The position numbers were made by a program, and so were the translations under genes. Shown in pieces: positions 52,334-63,684 of a stretch of 64,000 nucleotides of DNA (position 1 is the stretch's first letter; every line of letters begins with the position of its first letter). The DNA is from Psammoneis japonica (Eukaryota), in the NCBI GenBank assembly GCA_008632985.1, contig QPGO01000035.1:111899-175898 (forward strand), read 5' to 3'. The notes under the pieces are model-generated. The model saw nothing but the letters and a program-made list of their open reading frames with translations, was not told the DNA's origin and ran no database searches.

Positions 52334-53039
52334 CGTCACAACGCGTTGTTACCGAAGGTTGATCAGCATGCGAAAAATTTCGAAATCCGAGAAACTTCCC
52401 TCCACGATGACGTGTGCAGAGATAGAACCCGGAGTTTGTGATCGTAAATCGCTCGATGCGCTCTCAGCTCGATCGCCGCTGTTGATGTTTGATGCCACCA
52501 TGACGAAAGATTCCTGCTTGTCGAACAGCGGTGGGTTGTGGGTTGTATGGTAGCCCACTTGACGACACATCTTCTGACTTATCAAAACTATCCTCGTCTC
52601 CCTCGTCCACGCCCTCGTGGTCTTTATCTCTCTCGAAGGCGCTTGATGCATGCTCTCGGGGTCAACACTATACTGGTGGTACTGTTCGAATACGGTAGCT
52701 CCTCGTACATTTTATACAAACAATTCTGGGCATAAAAGAAGCGACACGACTCTTATCCATATCAATCAGTGTGTTTCAGATCTAATCCTGAAATAAAAGG
52801 CGTGATGGGCATCAAGATAGTATGATCTGGCTTTCGAGCACCCGGCAGATGCCACTTGCGCCACGTTTTCCCAGGTACTTCTACGAAGGAAACATACCTG
52901 TTGAAATTTTCGCACTTCAACTTGAAGGTCTGTTTACGAAAATCCGAATTCTCATATCGAGAGAAGTATGTATGAACGAACGTGAGTCGGCCACAAAGCA
53001 CATTCAATTGGGCAAGTCATAAAAAGTGTTAGGGAAACG

Positions 53040-54081
53040 ATGACGGACCCTTTCGGTGAATGGAAAGCGATACCGGACCCTTTCGGAGTTACCCTCATGG
53101 AGAAACATCTCCAGTTCGAGACTGTGGACGATGTGCAGCGTTGGTCTCCTTTCGAATCTCCCGAGAAAGTCCGTGTTGTGTCCTGGAACATCTTGGCAAA
53201 CCAATACTGCAGATACCAACATGACCGCCCACGCGATGTACTTGACGAGCATCGCCGCAATCCTCTGTGGCGAGAGGCACTTGAGCGTTTTATGGACATG
53301 GACATTGACTTTATCTGTCTACAGGAAGTTGACGTCAAAGGTGGCATTACAAACGTTGAAGACGTTCTACACGAGAATTTTGACTCCAACTGGCCATGGG
53401 CATGGTGACACGCGAGTGGATGCATGTTGTATCTTCTATCGAACCGATAAATGGATCCTCCACAAGATGGAGATTGTTGATATGGATGACCTTGCGACCG
53501 CTCGTTCTCATGGTGAATCTAGGAACCAAGCGCCTTTCGAGCCACATCATTACGATTCATACAAGAAGCTTTTTCTTCGAAACAACTATGGTATCCTTGC
53601 CAAGTTCAAGAGTAAGTTATCTGGTAAATTCCTGGCCATTGCCAATACGCATTTGTATTGGGATCCTGCATGTGAGTTTGTAAAGCTCTGCCAAGCGCAT
53701 TACTTGGTCAAAAGAATGGAAAGATTCTGCGCCGATGGAAACAGGGCAGCACTAGTCTTGTGTGGAGATCTAAACTCCCAACCAGGCGGTTTGGTACATT
53801 CTTATTTGGTCGGTCAAGTACCTCAAGTTTCGGCTCCACGTTTGACGGGCTTACTTGCGGCAGAAAGGTGGCTCAAGGACGACTATGTTTTCTCTTGCCC
53901 ATTTCGTTTGAAGAGTGCTTACTCTCACCCAACAAACGAAAGGCAAGAACTTCTCCCGTTCACCAACGTCACTCGTGATTTTTACCAGCCACAGCACATG
54001 AGCCTGATCGTGCCATTCTCTCATCTACTGTACCGTTTCAACAAGCTAAATGAAAGCCACGAGTGGTTTGTCGACGCGTAG
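53040..54081 (+). CDS. CCR4/Angel/nocturnin-like EEP-family nuclease/phosphatase (frameshift near 53395; C-terminal SDH motif not seen)
   Basis: VVSWNILA, DFICLQEVD, IANTHLYWDP..EFVKL.Q, LCGDLNS.P, LKSAY and PFTN motifs. Confidence 0.8.
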
Positions 54082-54260
54082 AGAGATACAGCTGATATTG
54101 ACGGGAAGCTGGCAATGGGCTCTCTAGAAGATGCGCGTGAAATCTGAGCAGGGAGGTGTGATAAATATCACTTGCCGCCCGGTTAAGCCAAAACTCGGCT
54201 GTGGCACAAATATAATGTATGATTATAAAGTCTATTTCTTATGTTGTAGTTAGCTCGCGT

Positions 54261-55067
54261 TCACCACCCAACGTCAGCTGGCCGGACCAAAAATTCACAC
54301 TGAGTTGTCCCTGGTATGGCCAGCAAAGGACTTTTGTTTGGACTTTCGACGGTTAACCAGCTGTGTTGCGGTCCACCCATCTCAGACGTCACTTCCTTTG
54401 CTAGTCTATACAAAGATTCCATGTTCTGTCCAACTTGTAATAGCACATGATATCCTCCTCGTGTCTCTACCGAATAATTGACAACAAGATTGTGTTCGCT
54501 TAAGACCTCTCTGAGTATATCCAACTTATCCTTCTCTTTTGTGTCCACGTCCAGTTTCATCACGTCCCTCACGGCACTCTTCGAGAGGCAGGACATCCAA
54601 TCGTTCAAAACGTTTGGAAGTGGGGGACTTTGTAGGATACCATCAAACCCAACAGCGCCAGAAGTGGGTGCCATCAATCCGACTTTCTTTGTGTGATCGA
54701 ACATACTTTCAAAATGTTGGTAATATGCGCGTTTCTCATCTAACCTATTCGCGGAAACATAGAATACACACGCTTCTCGTGGTATTGGCTTGCCTTCTTT
54801 GTCGACGGAAAGCGACGCCTCAAACTCAAGAATGGACAGAGCTTGCAAGAACGATCTCTCGGATAAACGTTCGGCACGCAGAACTCTGCGACCTAAACAT
54901 TTTGCGCCGCCGTTTATCGCCATTGATGAATGGTACTTCTTTCTTGCCATGGCCATCAAAAGGAATGCAGTGTTTCGTTCCCCCTCCCTAGGCTTTAGGA
55001 AACTTCGATAGAAGTCTCCTCGGAGGTCCAATTTATAGCTTTCTTTCTCGTTTGTTTGTTGTTCCAT
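54261..55067 (-). CDS. Hypothetical protein with archaeo-eukaryotic primase (AEP)-like motifs
   Basis: Intronless 268 aa; MKLDVDTK (hhDxD) and VETRGGYHVLL (TxxGxH). Confidence 0.65.
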   Translation of the reverse strand: MEQQTNEKESYKLDLRGDFYRSFLKPREGERNTAFLLMAMARKKYHSSMAINGGAKCLGRRVLRAERLSERSFLQALSILEFEASLSVDKEGKPIPREACVFYVSANRLDEKRAYYQHFESMFDHTKKVGLMAPTSGAVGFDGILQSPPLPNVLNDWMSCLSKSAVRDVMKLDVDTKEKDKLDILREVLSEHNLVVNYSVETRGGYHVLLQVGQNMESLYRLAKEVTSEMGGPQHSWLTVESPNKSPLLAIPGTTQCEFLVRPADVGW

Positions 55068-55164
55068 TTTATTTGTTTATTTTATGGGATTGCTCGAGAA
55101 TTCAGCTGTCGGCAGCCCTTGTTCAATGTTTGGGACGGTGCGCGTCTCGGGTCTACGATTTGAA

Positions 55165-55220
55165 ACGTGGGTCGTGAGACGTGGGTCGTGAGACGTGGGT
55201 CGTGAGACGTGGGTCGTGAG
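55165..55220. repeat. Tandem repeat, 14-bp unit ACGTGGGTCGTGAG x4
   Basis: Read directly; ~100 bp upstream of the 54261-55067 gene. Confidence 0.95.
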
Positions 55221-55259
55221 TCGTGTTACCACTTTTAGCTGTACGTACAGACAGTACAG

Positions 55260-58200
55260 TCTCTCTCTCTCTGCCGACCGGGACAGTTGTTGTTGTGTGC
55301 AAAGAGACAGACTCTTGTGCTCCAAGTGGTGAGGCGACCCAGCCGTGGGGGGTTGATGCAAGTCACGCTGCACCATGAGGACACACAGCCAAATGAACCC
55401 AAAATGAAATGTGACAAATCCAACACATGAAAACAGTTCACAAAAAAGTCGTTCCAAGTCTTTTGTTGAGCCCCAAGTCAAGCCTCACAATCAACGCCAG
55501 AGAAGTGGTTCCAACACACTCTCCAGAAGAAGGAAGAGACTCGAGATTGAGTGCAAGGACAAGCAACCAATCAAATCAAAACACAACAGTGGCTGACAAC
55601 GTTGTGTTGCATTGCAGCCATTTCTTTTTTTGCTGAGTTCCGAGTCAAGCTGTCATGCACAATTGACGCGAGTCAATCTCGGTTTCCCTTGGAGCCACCA
55701 AGTTCCAACCCTGGCAACAGACAAGGACACAAGCCACAATTTTGTTTCACAGCAACAGCTTCCACGAGAATCCTCGCTGCAGTTCAACTCAAATCAAGTC
55801 CAACAAAACCCATCCACTGCTGCTCCAAAAGTGTCTCACATTTGCAACAGTAAAAACACCATTCAATCACGTGCACTGTGACCTCAAAACAGAAAATTCA
55901 ATGGTGCAATGCTGGTGCCAGTGCACCCATTCACTGGAATGCAACAACTCCCTCACACAAATTTGGCTCAAATGACATCACACAACCCCCCCTCCCACTG
56001 CTCAAAAACTGTCTCTCATTTGAAAACAGCCACAGCGCCATTGTTCACATGTGTGCACCACCATGCCCTCATGCAGAACAATTGATGGTGCAATGCTGAT
56101 GCACTCATGGTTGTCCCTGTCATCAGCCAGAGGAGCTCCGCGGTTGCACAACAAGGCGATCACCACAATCAACAATTGCACTCACATGACTTGCAAATCA
56201 TCAATGCTTGAACAATGGAGCACTGCTGCCTCCTTGTTTCAGAGCATGAAACAAAATGGACAGCTGCTGTGAGCAAGATGACACAAATGTCCACCACAAC
56301 TGGCCAAGCATCAAACATGTCATTGCACCATGAGATGCATGAACACAACTCAAGAGTGCACTGCATTTTCTCACCACAATGCCAATGCGTGCACATGTCA
56401 GCCCCAGAAAAGGGGGGGGGTCAATGGGATGGAGCCAACTGGCTTTGAAATGAGCATTGCAGAGACTTTGAGTTTGTGCTCCCCTTGCAGGAAAAGCACC
56501 AGAAGCCATGTGGCATGATTGGGTGGTGCTTGATCTTGGGAGGATGGGCCACTGGGCAACTCCCCCAGTGCTGCAAATGAAATTGAGCATGATGATGCAC
56601 ATCTGCATGGCTTCCTGTGGGGCACTTGTCTCTGCACAATGTGCACCTTTGTCCAGCTCAGTGCCATCCAACCCCAGCAGATTTTTGCATCAAGAGCATG
56701 CCAGAGACAGACACAAACAGGCACAACATGTTCTCTAAAGTGCCGCAGTTCCCATCATTTTTACAAAGAGGAGAATGAAGGGGGGAAGGAACAGAGAGCT
56801 GAAGGGTGGATGCAAGAAACCAGCAACATCAATGCAAGAACCATGAAAGCCAGCTCTTTTTGATTTCATTTTCATGAAAAAAGGTCAAGGGAAGGTGGCA
56901 ATGACAAAGACAGCCATCACAATGTGCTTGGTTTTCCTTCCCAGAACAGCAGCTGAAAGATGAGGGCAGCAACATTGTTGTTGCGGCAGTGCTCAACCCC
57001 AGCACAACAAGCAGAGGTGACCTGCAGAGCCCACATGAAACAACTTGCTTGTTGCAAACAACATTGCTGAATGAGAACAGCACGTGTGTGTCTGCCAGTT
57101 TTGGTTCAGACAACATGGTGTGTTTCTGTGTGGTTGCACTGCTGACTCAGCCAGAATGCAGAGAGCAGAGCTGGCTTGTTTGTGTGGCATGTGGAGCAAA
57201 GAAACATGAAGAGATCTCAGCTTTTTCAAAAAGCAAAAAGGACAGCATGGAATGAGCAGGTCTGCAGCTGAAAAGGGAGCAGGACCTGAAGAACTGCAAC
57301 ATCAACTGCAGTGACAAAAGCCAGCTCTTTTGCAACATTGCACTTGTGAAAGAGAGGACAAAGGAAGGTCACAACAATGAAGGCAGGAGCAGCAGGTGTG
57401 GTGGTGCACCAGGCTCTCACTTTTTGGCCCAGCTCTTGAAAAGCAAAGAAGTCATGCCGTCATTGTGACAGTGCTCCAATGTGACAGGGAGTGGTGACAT
57501 GCAGTGCCAAATGAGCTGCTTGTTCATTGTGACACTGAGTGAGCTGTCTTGGTGTCTGCAAGTTTTGGTTGAGATGGTCATGTGGCACACACTTCTCATT
57601 TCTTGTATCCCGGCCCATTGTTGCACAAACAAACTGGCACTTGCCACACTGCACACAGCTCAATGCTCCAATGCAGTGGGCAGTGGGAGCTGATGGTGTC
57701 AAGTGAGCTGCTTCTGACATTGTCTGAGCAGTCTGCATGTTTGCACACTCACATTGCCACCTTGGCCAAAAGCAGCAGAGAGAGAGAGAGAGAGACAGAG
57801 AAAAAAAGTTAGCTCATTTGCACATGAAAAGCTCTCAAACAGATGAGGGCAGTGCACTCAAAAGCAGTCACAGCAGCAGAGAGAAAGATGAGAACACTCC
57901 TGACTGGCTGGTGCACACCCTGTGAGATCACCCCACCTCCAGGTGATTCACACATCTGTTCAACCACCACCACAGGTGTGTGTGTGAGTGCAAGTGTGTG
58001 TGTGACATGAAACCAGCAAGCAAGCCATCAGCTCTTGCTGACTGCCAGTGTCACTCTGTTCAGATCTCTGAGATTTTTTAGCATCTGGAGCATTAAAAAA
58101 TGTCTTGATCCTGGCCCTGAAAGTGCTTCTCATTCTTGGTCCCCAGCTCCCTTTTGTGTTGCCTGCACCCTCCTGCTCTAATCTTTCTCTTTGACAATGG

Positions 58201-59390
58201 GCTTTTCACATCATTCACAGAACAACCCAGCAGCACAACCCAGCCATCATGAATGTCAACAGAAGTGCAACAAGCTCCCAGCTCAAGCTCATCATGAATT
58301 CAGCTGTGGAGAAAAGCATGCTGGGAGAGATCCTGGAAGCTCGACTCTTTGTGCTTGGCTGTCATGAGCAAGTCTTCCATTTGTCCACAGTCCTTCAATG
58401 TGCTGCAATCTGTCATGCAGCATTTTCTGTTGGTTGTCTGACACAAAAGGCTGACAAGGGTGCCAGACAAGAAAAAAACTTTTGGCCTGCTGGGTCAAAT
58501 GAGGGTTTGTTGAATGGCCACCAGGTGGCATCCCTTGGAACAACACTTGTGTGCCAAAACACTTGCTGATGTGCAGAGACAGTCACATGCTTTTGCATTT
58601 TGTTTTCTTGTTTGTGCTGGAGAATGACCCCCAACAACGTGCTTGCCAGCGGGGTGCTGCATGTTGGACATTTCTCAAAATCATGTTGACGTTCAATGGC
58701 TCCCTCATTTTGCCTGTCTCAGTGTGTTCTTTTTCTCCAGAACCAGGAAAAACATGATTCATGGTGTCACAGGAGGTCAAGATGGTGACAGGCACACAAA
58801 ATGTTCCTTTTGTGGGCTGTCACTGAAGTGATGAGGCCTCCTTTGCCATGTTCACAGAGGATCTTGTTAGAGCAGCACATCTTGGAGGATGTGCATGGCA
58901 GTTGACATGCACAGCACTCAGTTGGCATGCATTTCTTCCAGCAAATGCAGTGGCTCACTGTTTCAAAACTTTGGTGCCAAACTGTGTTGATCTGCTCTGT
59001 CATTTTGCACAAAACTGTGCCGCACATTTGACATGTCTTTGCTCATCACTCAGGACAAGAGCTGCTGATGTGGCACTTGCTTGCAACAAGATGAAGAAAC
59101 CACAGCCATTTGGCAACTCTCATCATTTAGAAAAACGCCACTGGCAGCACCTGTTTGCAACAAGAGCTGGCTCTTGTTCACAGCCCAGACAAATGATGGG
59201 CATCAAGAATGTTCCAAAGATCGTTTGCAAGCCAGAACTTGCGTTTGCATGGACTTGGTCATGTCACAAGTTGGAGCAATCTTTTTGAGTGAGATCTGTT
59301 CAATGGGAGTGTGGGTTCTTAATGCCAACAGAGATTGTGGTGTGGACGACAACAAAGCTTGATGATGGATCAACCAAAATGCCGATGACA
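55260..59390. other. TpA- and CpG-depleted degenerate repeat block 4
   Basis: Near-absence of TA; a WHDWVVL piece (~56510) weakly recalls Plavaka-type transposase C-termini. Confidence 0.85.
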
Positions 59391-59516
59391 GGTATGCCAG
59401 TTGTACCGCGTAAATTAATCGATTACTCCTGCAAGTTTGATTCTTTTCACCCTTCCCTTCTTAAAAGCTACAGTAGACATTCCTCTAACTACACCGAATC
59501 TGACAGCCGTGCAAGT

Positions 59517-60737
59517 TCAGCGTTTACTACGGCGCATGAAAAAGAGAACAAAAGTACCCAACGCCGCAGCGACAACAGCCCCGCGGACTACCTTGTCATG
59601 CAGCTCCTTTAGACGCTTCTCCTTTTCTGCCTTTATATCGCGCCGTCTTACTTTGCGTGCTGTTCGCTGGATAATGCTTATGTTTGTTTGGGTCATGGTG
59701 GCGAATTCAATCTCGTAGCGAAAGTGCGGCGTACGAACAATTACTTGAGGCTGCTTGCCTTTCCATGCTTTCTCCAGAACGGTCTGGTGTTGACTGGCAT
59801 AGGGGGTCCATCCATGGTCGCCATCCTCGTACTGCCATTCAAAGGGAAGTGGTGGGCGAGAGGCGAAAGGAGTGCGTACTCGGTCGTGACACCCTCGATA
59901 ATATCTCACCAAATAGGAAGGATAAGCTCTACCATTTTCATATACGACCCAAATCGTTGAACCCCCTGTGGAGGCACTCACTGAGTTGTATCTCTGACCC
60001 CTTACTGGATCCTCTGGCGGGACACGGAGACTACGGTCAGAATTCGATAAGTAGACTGAGCGTCCTTCGAGCATCGTGACCAGAAACATTTCCTTTTCAT
60101 CGGAAGACATCCTTGATCGGCTCAATAATGTGGTCTGTGTTCCACCTTTGAAAGCATAGTTATCGGAATAGGAACTCTTCTCTGCAAAATAGGTTCCAAA
60201 GCTGCGTTGTAAAGATCGAAATTTTAGATGAGACACACGCTTTTTAAACACAGGCAGCATTTTTAGACGAAGCGTATGTGGACTGTTTTTCAGTCTTCCT
60301 TACCCCCACAATCCTTGCTGAGCATACTGCATCATGAACCCATCTTGCCTATCCGAGTAGATTACTTTTGGGTCCAACGACGATGTTCCATGCCACACCT
60401 TTATTTCATTCATAGGTACCCCTTGCATTTCAAGGCGCATTTTGTGCAATATGTAATTGGCCCATTGTTCCGAGTTTTGAACTCTCCACAGCTTGCTAAT
60501 GAACGCATCGCTCATCGATTCACGCAGTTTTTCGTGAACCTCCCAGTATTCATCTTCATGATGCGTCACTTCCACGAGAATCTCGTTGGAATCCACCCAT
60601 GTATCGGGTGGTTTCCATCGATCCGAATCTGTCGATGACTTCGCCAATGACTCGAACACGGTTTTCTCGCTACCGTTGCGACTGGGTGAAAGCGAAGAGG
60701 CTGGTCGTTGAGCACAGGCAGTGGAAGTTGGGAGCAT
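59517..60737 (-). CDS. PARP catalytic-domain plus WWE-domain protein with C-terminal TM anchor (start uncertain; intron ~60203-60302)
   Basis: VWHGT, GLWG|..GTYFA..SSYS..YA and TIWVVYEN..AYPSYLV; WWE FEWQYED..GWTPY..YEIEFATMTQTN..RKVRR. Confidence 0.88.
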
Positions 60738-61290
60738 TGTCTTTCATGCACTAGCCAATGATGGGAGAAGAGCCTCGTGTTCCCGATCGGGCGAAGTGAA
60801 CTCACGATCTCAAGAGTATCTACATGGAGCGAGACGACACCAGCTACCTTGGGAACATGGGTCGACATTCCCGTGGGGTTGAACCGGAGTTTTGACGTGA
60901 ACAACACCTGCCGCACTCAGAGTGCCCAACTTCTACTCCGCTTGTGTGAATTCTTTGTTGTATTGTATCAGAAGTGATACTCCCTGTAGCTAGCGTGTAA
61001 CTCCACTCTCCCTACTCTTACAAGCAGTCATGACTTCTGTAGTTACCAGGTAAGATCATTCTTGATCATGACATTCCTGGCATTATTTCGAAATTTCGAA
61101 ATTTCCCGCCACTGTGACGTGTTCAGCAAAAACCCGGAGTTTGGCCTCCTCCGCGAACCGTGAACGCATACCGGTACTGTAATAAACCCCACGAGGAACT
61201 AAACTTAGGGCGACACCACAACACAAGGTAATGTTGTGGAGAACATCAACAACGCCGCTGGTCTCACTTTTGGCCCTATCTGGAAGAAAA

Positions 61291-62065
61291 ATGAGCTCAA
61301 ACGCGCCCAGCACGGTGAACGTCAAGATTATTAGTGACGTTGTGTGACCCTTCTGTTTCCTCGGGTTGCGGAACCTTGAGAAAGCAAGCAGGTATATTGT
61401 TTGGTTTTGATATCTGTGCACTGCTGTGTGTGATTTTGCAAACTGAGTTGTCGATCCCTCTGCCTTTTGTAATTTTTAGTGACTCGGGCGTTCCAATCCG
61501 ACTGACGTGGGAGCCTTTCTTGTTGAATCCAAACATTGCACCAGAAGGCCAAGACATTAAAGAATACATTAGCAACAAGTATGGTCCTGGAGCGTTAAAG
61601 AACTTTGCAGATCCAAATTCGTACATGTACAAGTCGGGTCGTGAGGTGGGTATCAACTTTATTTCGGATCGCAACATTTATCCCACGTCCATGGCGCATG
61701 CTCTTGTTGAACACGTAAAGGAAAGCGACAATGACAAGGCGAATGAACTTATGGAAGTGTTGTTCCAGAAGTACTTTGAGCATGGTGAAAACATTAATTC
61801 TGTGCAAGTGTTAAGAGATGCTGCAAGTTCTGTGATTTCGGATGAAGCTCAAGTTGCGGGCGCCGTTGAGGCTATGCAGAATCCTTTAAACATGGAGGAG
61901 GTGGCACGCAAAGACATGGAGTCAAAGTCCAGGTTGCGTGTCAGCGGCGTCCCGTTCTTTATCATTGACGGGCCCGCCATGGCTGGACAGCGACCCATTG
62001 CCTTTTCGGGTGCGCAGCCACCGGATATTATTGCGGAGCAACTCGAAGCAGCGGCGGAAGCATAG
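61291..62065 (+). CDS. DsbA/FrnE-like thioredoxin-fold selenoprotein (UxxC: SDVV-U-PFC); intron 61392-61479
   Basis: In-frame TGA at 61345-61347 in the first Cys position of the CPxC motif; WEPFLLNP, VSGVPFF and SGAQP motifs; SECIS in 3' UTR. Confidence 0.9.
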
Positions 62066-62105
62066 GTATTGGCGTTGAGATTGTGGGGCTCGTTTCGAGC
62101 GCAAG

Positions 62106-62183
62106 AACACGAGAATGACCATTGGTACATGAAAGATACAATTCTAGGAATGAGTACGTCATGGCCAGTGTGATGTGCGTGTT
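62106..62183 (+). promoter_or_regulatory. Eukaryotic SECIS element
   Basis: Helix I AACACG/CGTGTT; ATGAC core (62115); helix II CATTGGTACATG/CATGGCCAGTG; apical AAA (62132-62134); 3' TGAT (62171). Confidence 0.88.
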
Positions 62184-62273
62184 GTTGGCTTTTGGAGCAC
62201 TCCTCAGACAGTTTCAAATAAAGGTTACATCCATACTGTACTGTAACTCTTGTAAATACATCTTCCCAACTCC

Positions 62274-63362
62274 TTAGCCTTTCTGCATGCGTTGCTCCAA
62301 CAATGCTACAACTTCGTCTTTGTCATTGGTGCGTGCTGCATCTAACGGGGTCTGTCCAAAGTCATTCTCGGCCGTCAAGTCCAAATCGGGAAAGTTGTCA
62401 AGCAGGTATTGAACCATCTCGATCTTGCCAGACCGGGCACAAAAATGCAGGGCTGTCATGCCTTGTCGCCCCTTGACGTTTGGAGACAGTCCGAGCCGCG
62501 TAAAACAAAACTTGACAAAATCCAACTCGTTACGCCGTGCACCGTCCAATAAGAGTTGCTGCAAAGACGCATCCACCTGGGCGTCGCCCTTGATGAGCAA
62601 GGTTGCGACTTGTTCCAGAAGTAAAATTTGATCTTGTTGCTTTTTCTTGTACGCATTTCGTAGTACCACACAAATACTCTCCAAGGCTGTCTCATTGGTG
62701 GTCTCAATATCGTCACGTACAGCCGGTATTGCATTTGGATCCGCGCCTCGCTCCATCAGCAGCTTTAGCATTTCTACCGTTTCATCTGCATTGGAGGGGA
62801 GTTCGTGTTCATCTTGCAGGTGCTTTACCAAATCCTGAACAAGCTGCAGTAGACGCGTCAGCCCGCCATACCTAATGTCTGCATTGTCGTCTTTCAATAC
62901 ACGCTTCAGTTCCTCCGCGGATTTCGCCTCAAACACGTCTGGCATGGTTGGTGTTAATAGCTCCATCAGGCAGTCATCTTGACAATAATCGAGAGGAATG
63001 CTTCCGTAAATATCTTGAATACTCGGATCTGCCCCGTTTTCGATTAGCACTTGACAACACTCTTTTCGTCGTTCGATTGGGCCACGAGTACGAGATTGAA
63101 CGGCGATGTGGAGGGGCGTTGCTCCCGTGACCTTGTTGGGTGCATTTACATTTGCTCCCAATTCCACCAGCGCACGGACAGATTCTAGGTTTCCCCACAG
63201 TGCCGCAATGTGCAAGGCGCTTTGATTGACGACATTGGCATGATCGGGCGACACACCCTGTTCTACTACCAGCCGTCTGATTTCATTGGGTAGATTCTTT
63301 TGACTTGCAGACAGAATGAGATCCCATTCCGGAGGAGGCGGTTGTTCCGAAGATGCTTGCAT
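62274..63362 (-). CDS. Ankyrin-repeat protein
   Basis: SALHIAA..G..VRALVELGANVNA, GATPLHIA, GMTALHFCARSG and GQTPLD repeats. Confidence 0.93.
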   Translation of the reverse strand: MQASSEQPPPPEWDLILSASQKNLPNEIRRLVVEQGVSPDHANVVNQSALHIAALWGNLESVRALVELGANVNAPNKVTGATPLHIAVQSRTRGPIERRKECCQVLIENGADPSIQDIYGSIPLDYCQDDCLMELLTPTMPDVFEAKSAEELKRVLKDDNADIRYGGLTRLLQLVQDLVKHLQDEHELPSNADETVEMLKLLMERGADPNAIPAVRDDIETTNETALESICVVLRNAYKKKQQDQILLLEQVATLLIKGDAQVDASLQQLLLDGARRNELDFVKFCFTRLGLSPNVKGRQGMTALHFCARSGKIEMVQYLLDNFPDLDLTAENDFGQTPLDAARTNDKDEVVALLEQRMQKG

Positions 63363-63450
63363 TTTGCATAAACGAACAAAATGACGTTGATTTCGTTCTG
63401 AATACAGGAGATAAGAAAGAAGAGATGCGGCTCAACGACAAAACAGCATC

Positions 63451-63479
63451 AGCAACGAGCAACGAGCAACGAGCAACGA
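63451..63479. repeat. Tandem repeat, 7-bp unit AGCAACG x4
   Basis: Read directly; upstream of the ankyrin gene. Confidence 0.9.
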
Positions 63480-63684
63480 ACGTTGTGTTGTGGGTCGTAA
63501 CGTTGTTGTGTGGGTTGTTGGTGCCGGGCAGATTTTGGATCCTGGATCTTTCGGTCGCGCGGTGAGAGATGGGAAGACATTGATGATGACTAACTCCCAA
63601 CTGCCCAACTCCCAACTCTACCATTGCCATTTCTCGTGGCTCGTGGAGATCTTGGGCGAACCTCTGCTGATAGTCTATGATACA

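Noticed and set aside
55165..55220. Short tandem repeats at block edges (also ~48747-48790 and 63451-63479) as domain boundary signals
   Set aside because: The units are unrelated to each other and each sits just upstream of a host gene, so promoter-proximal microrepeats are the simpler explanation
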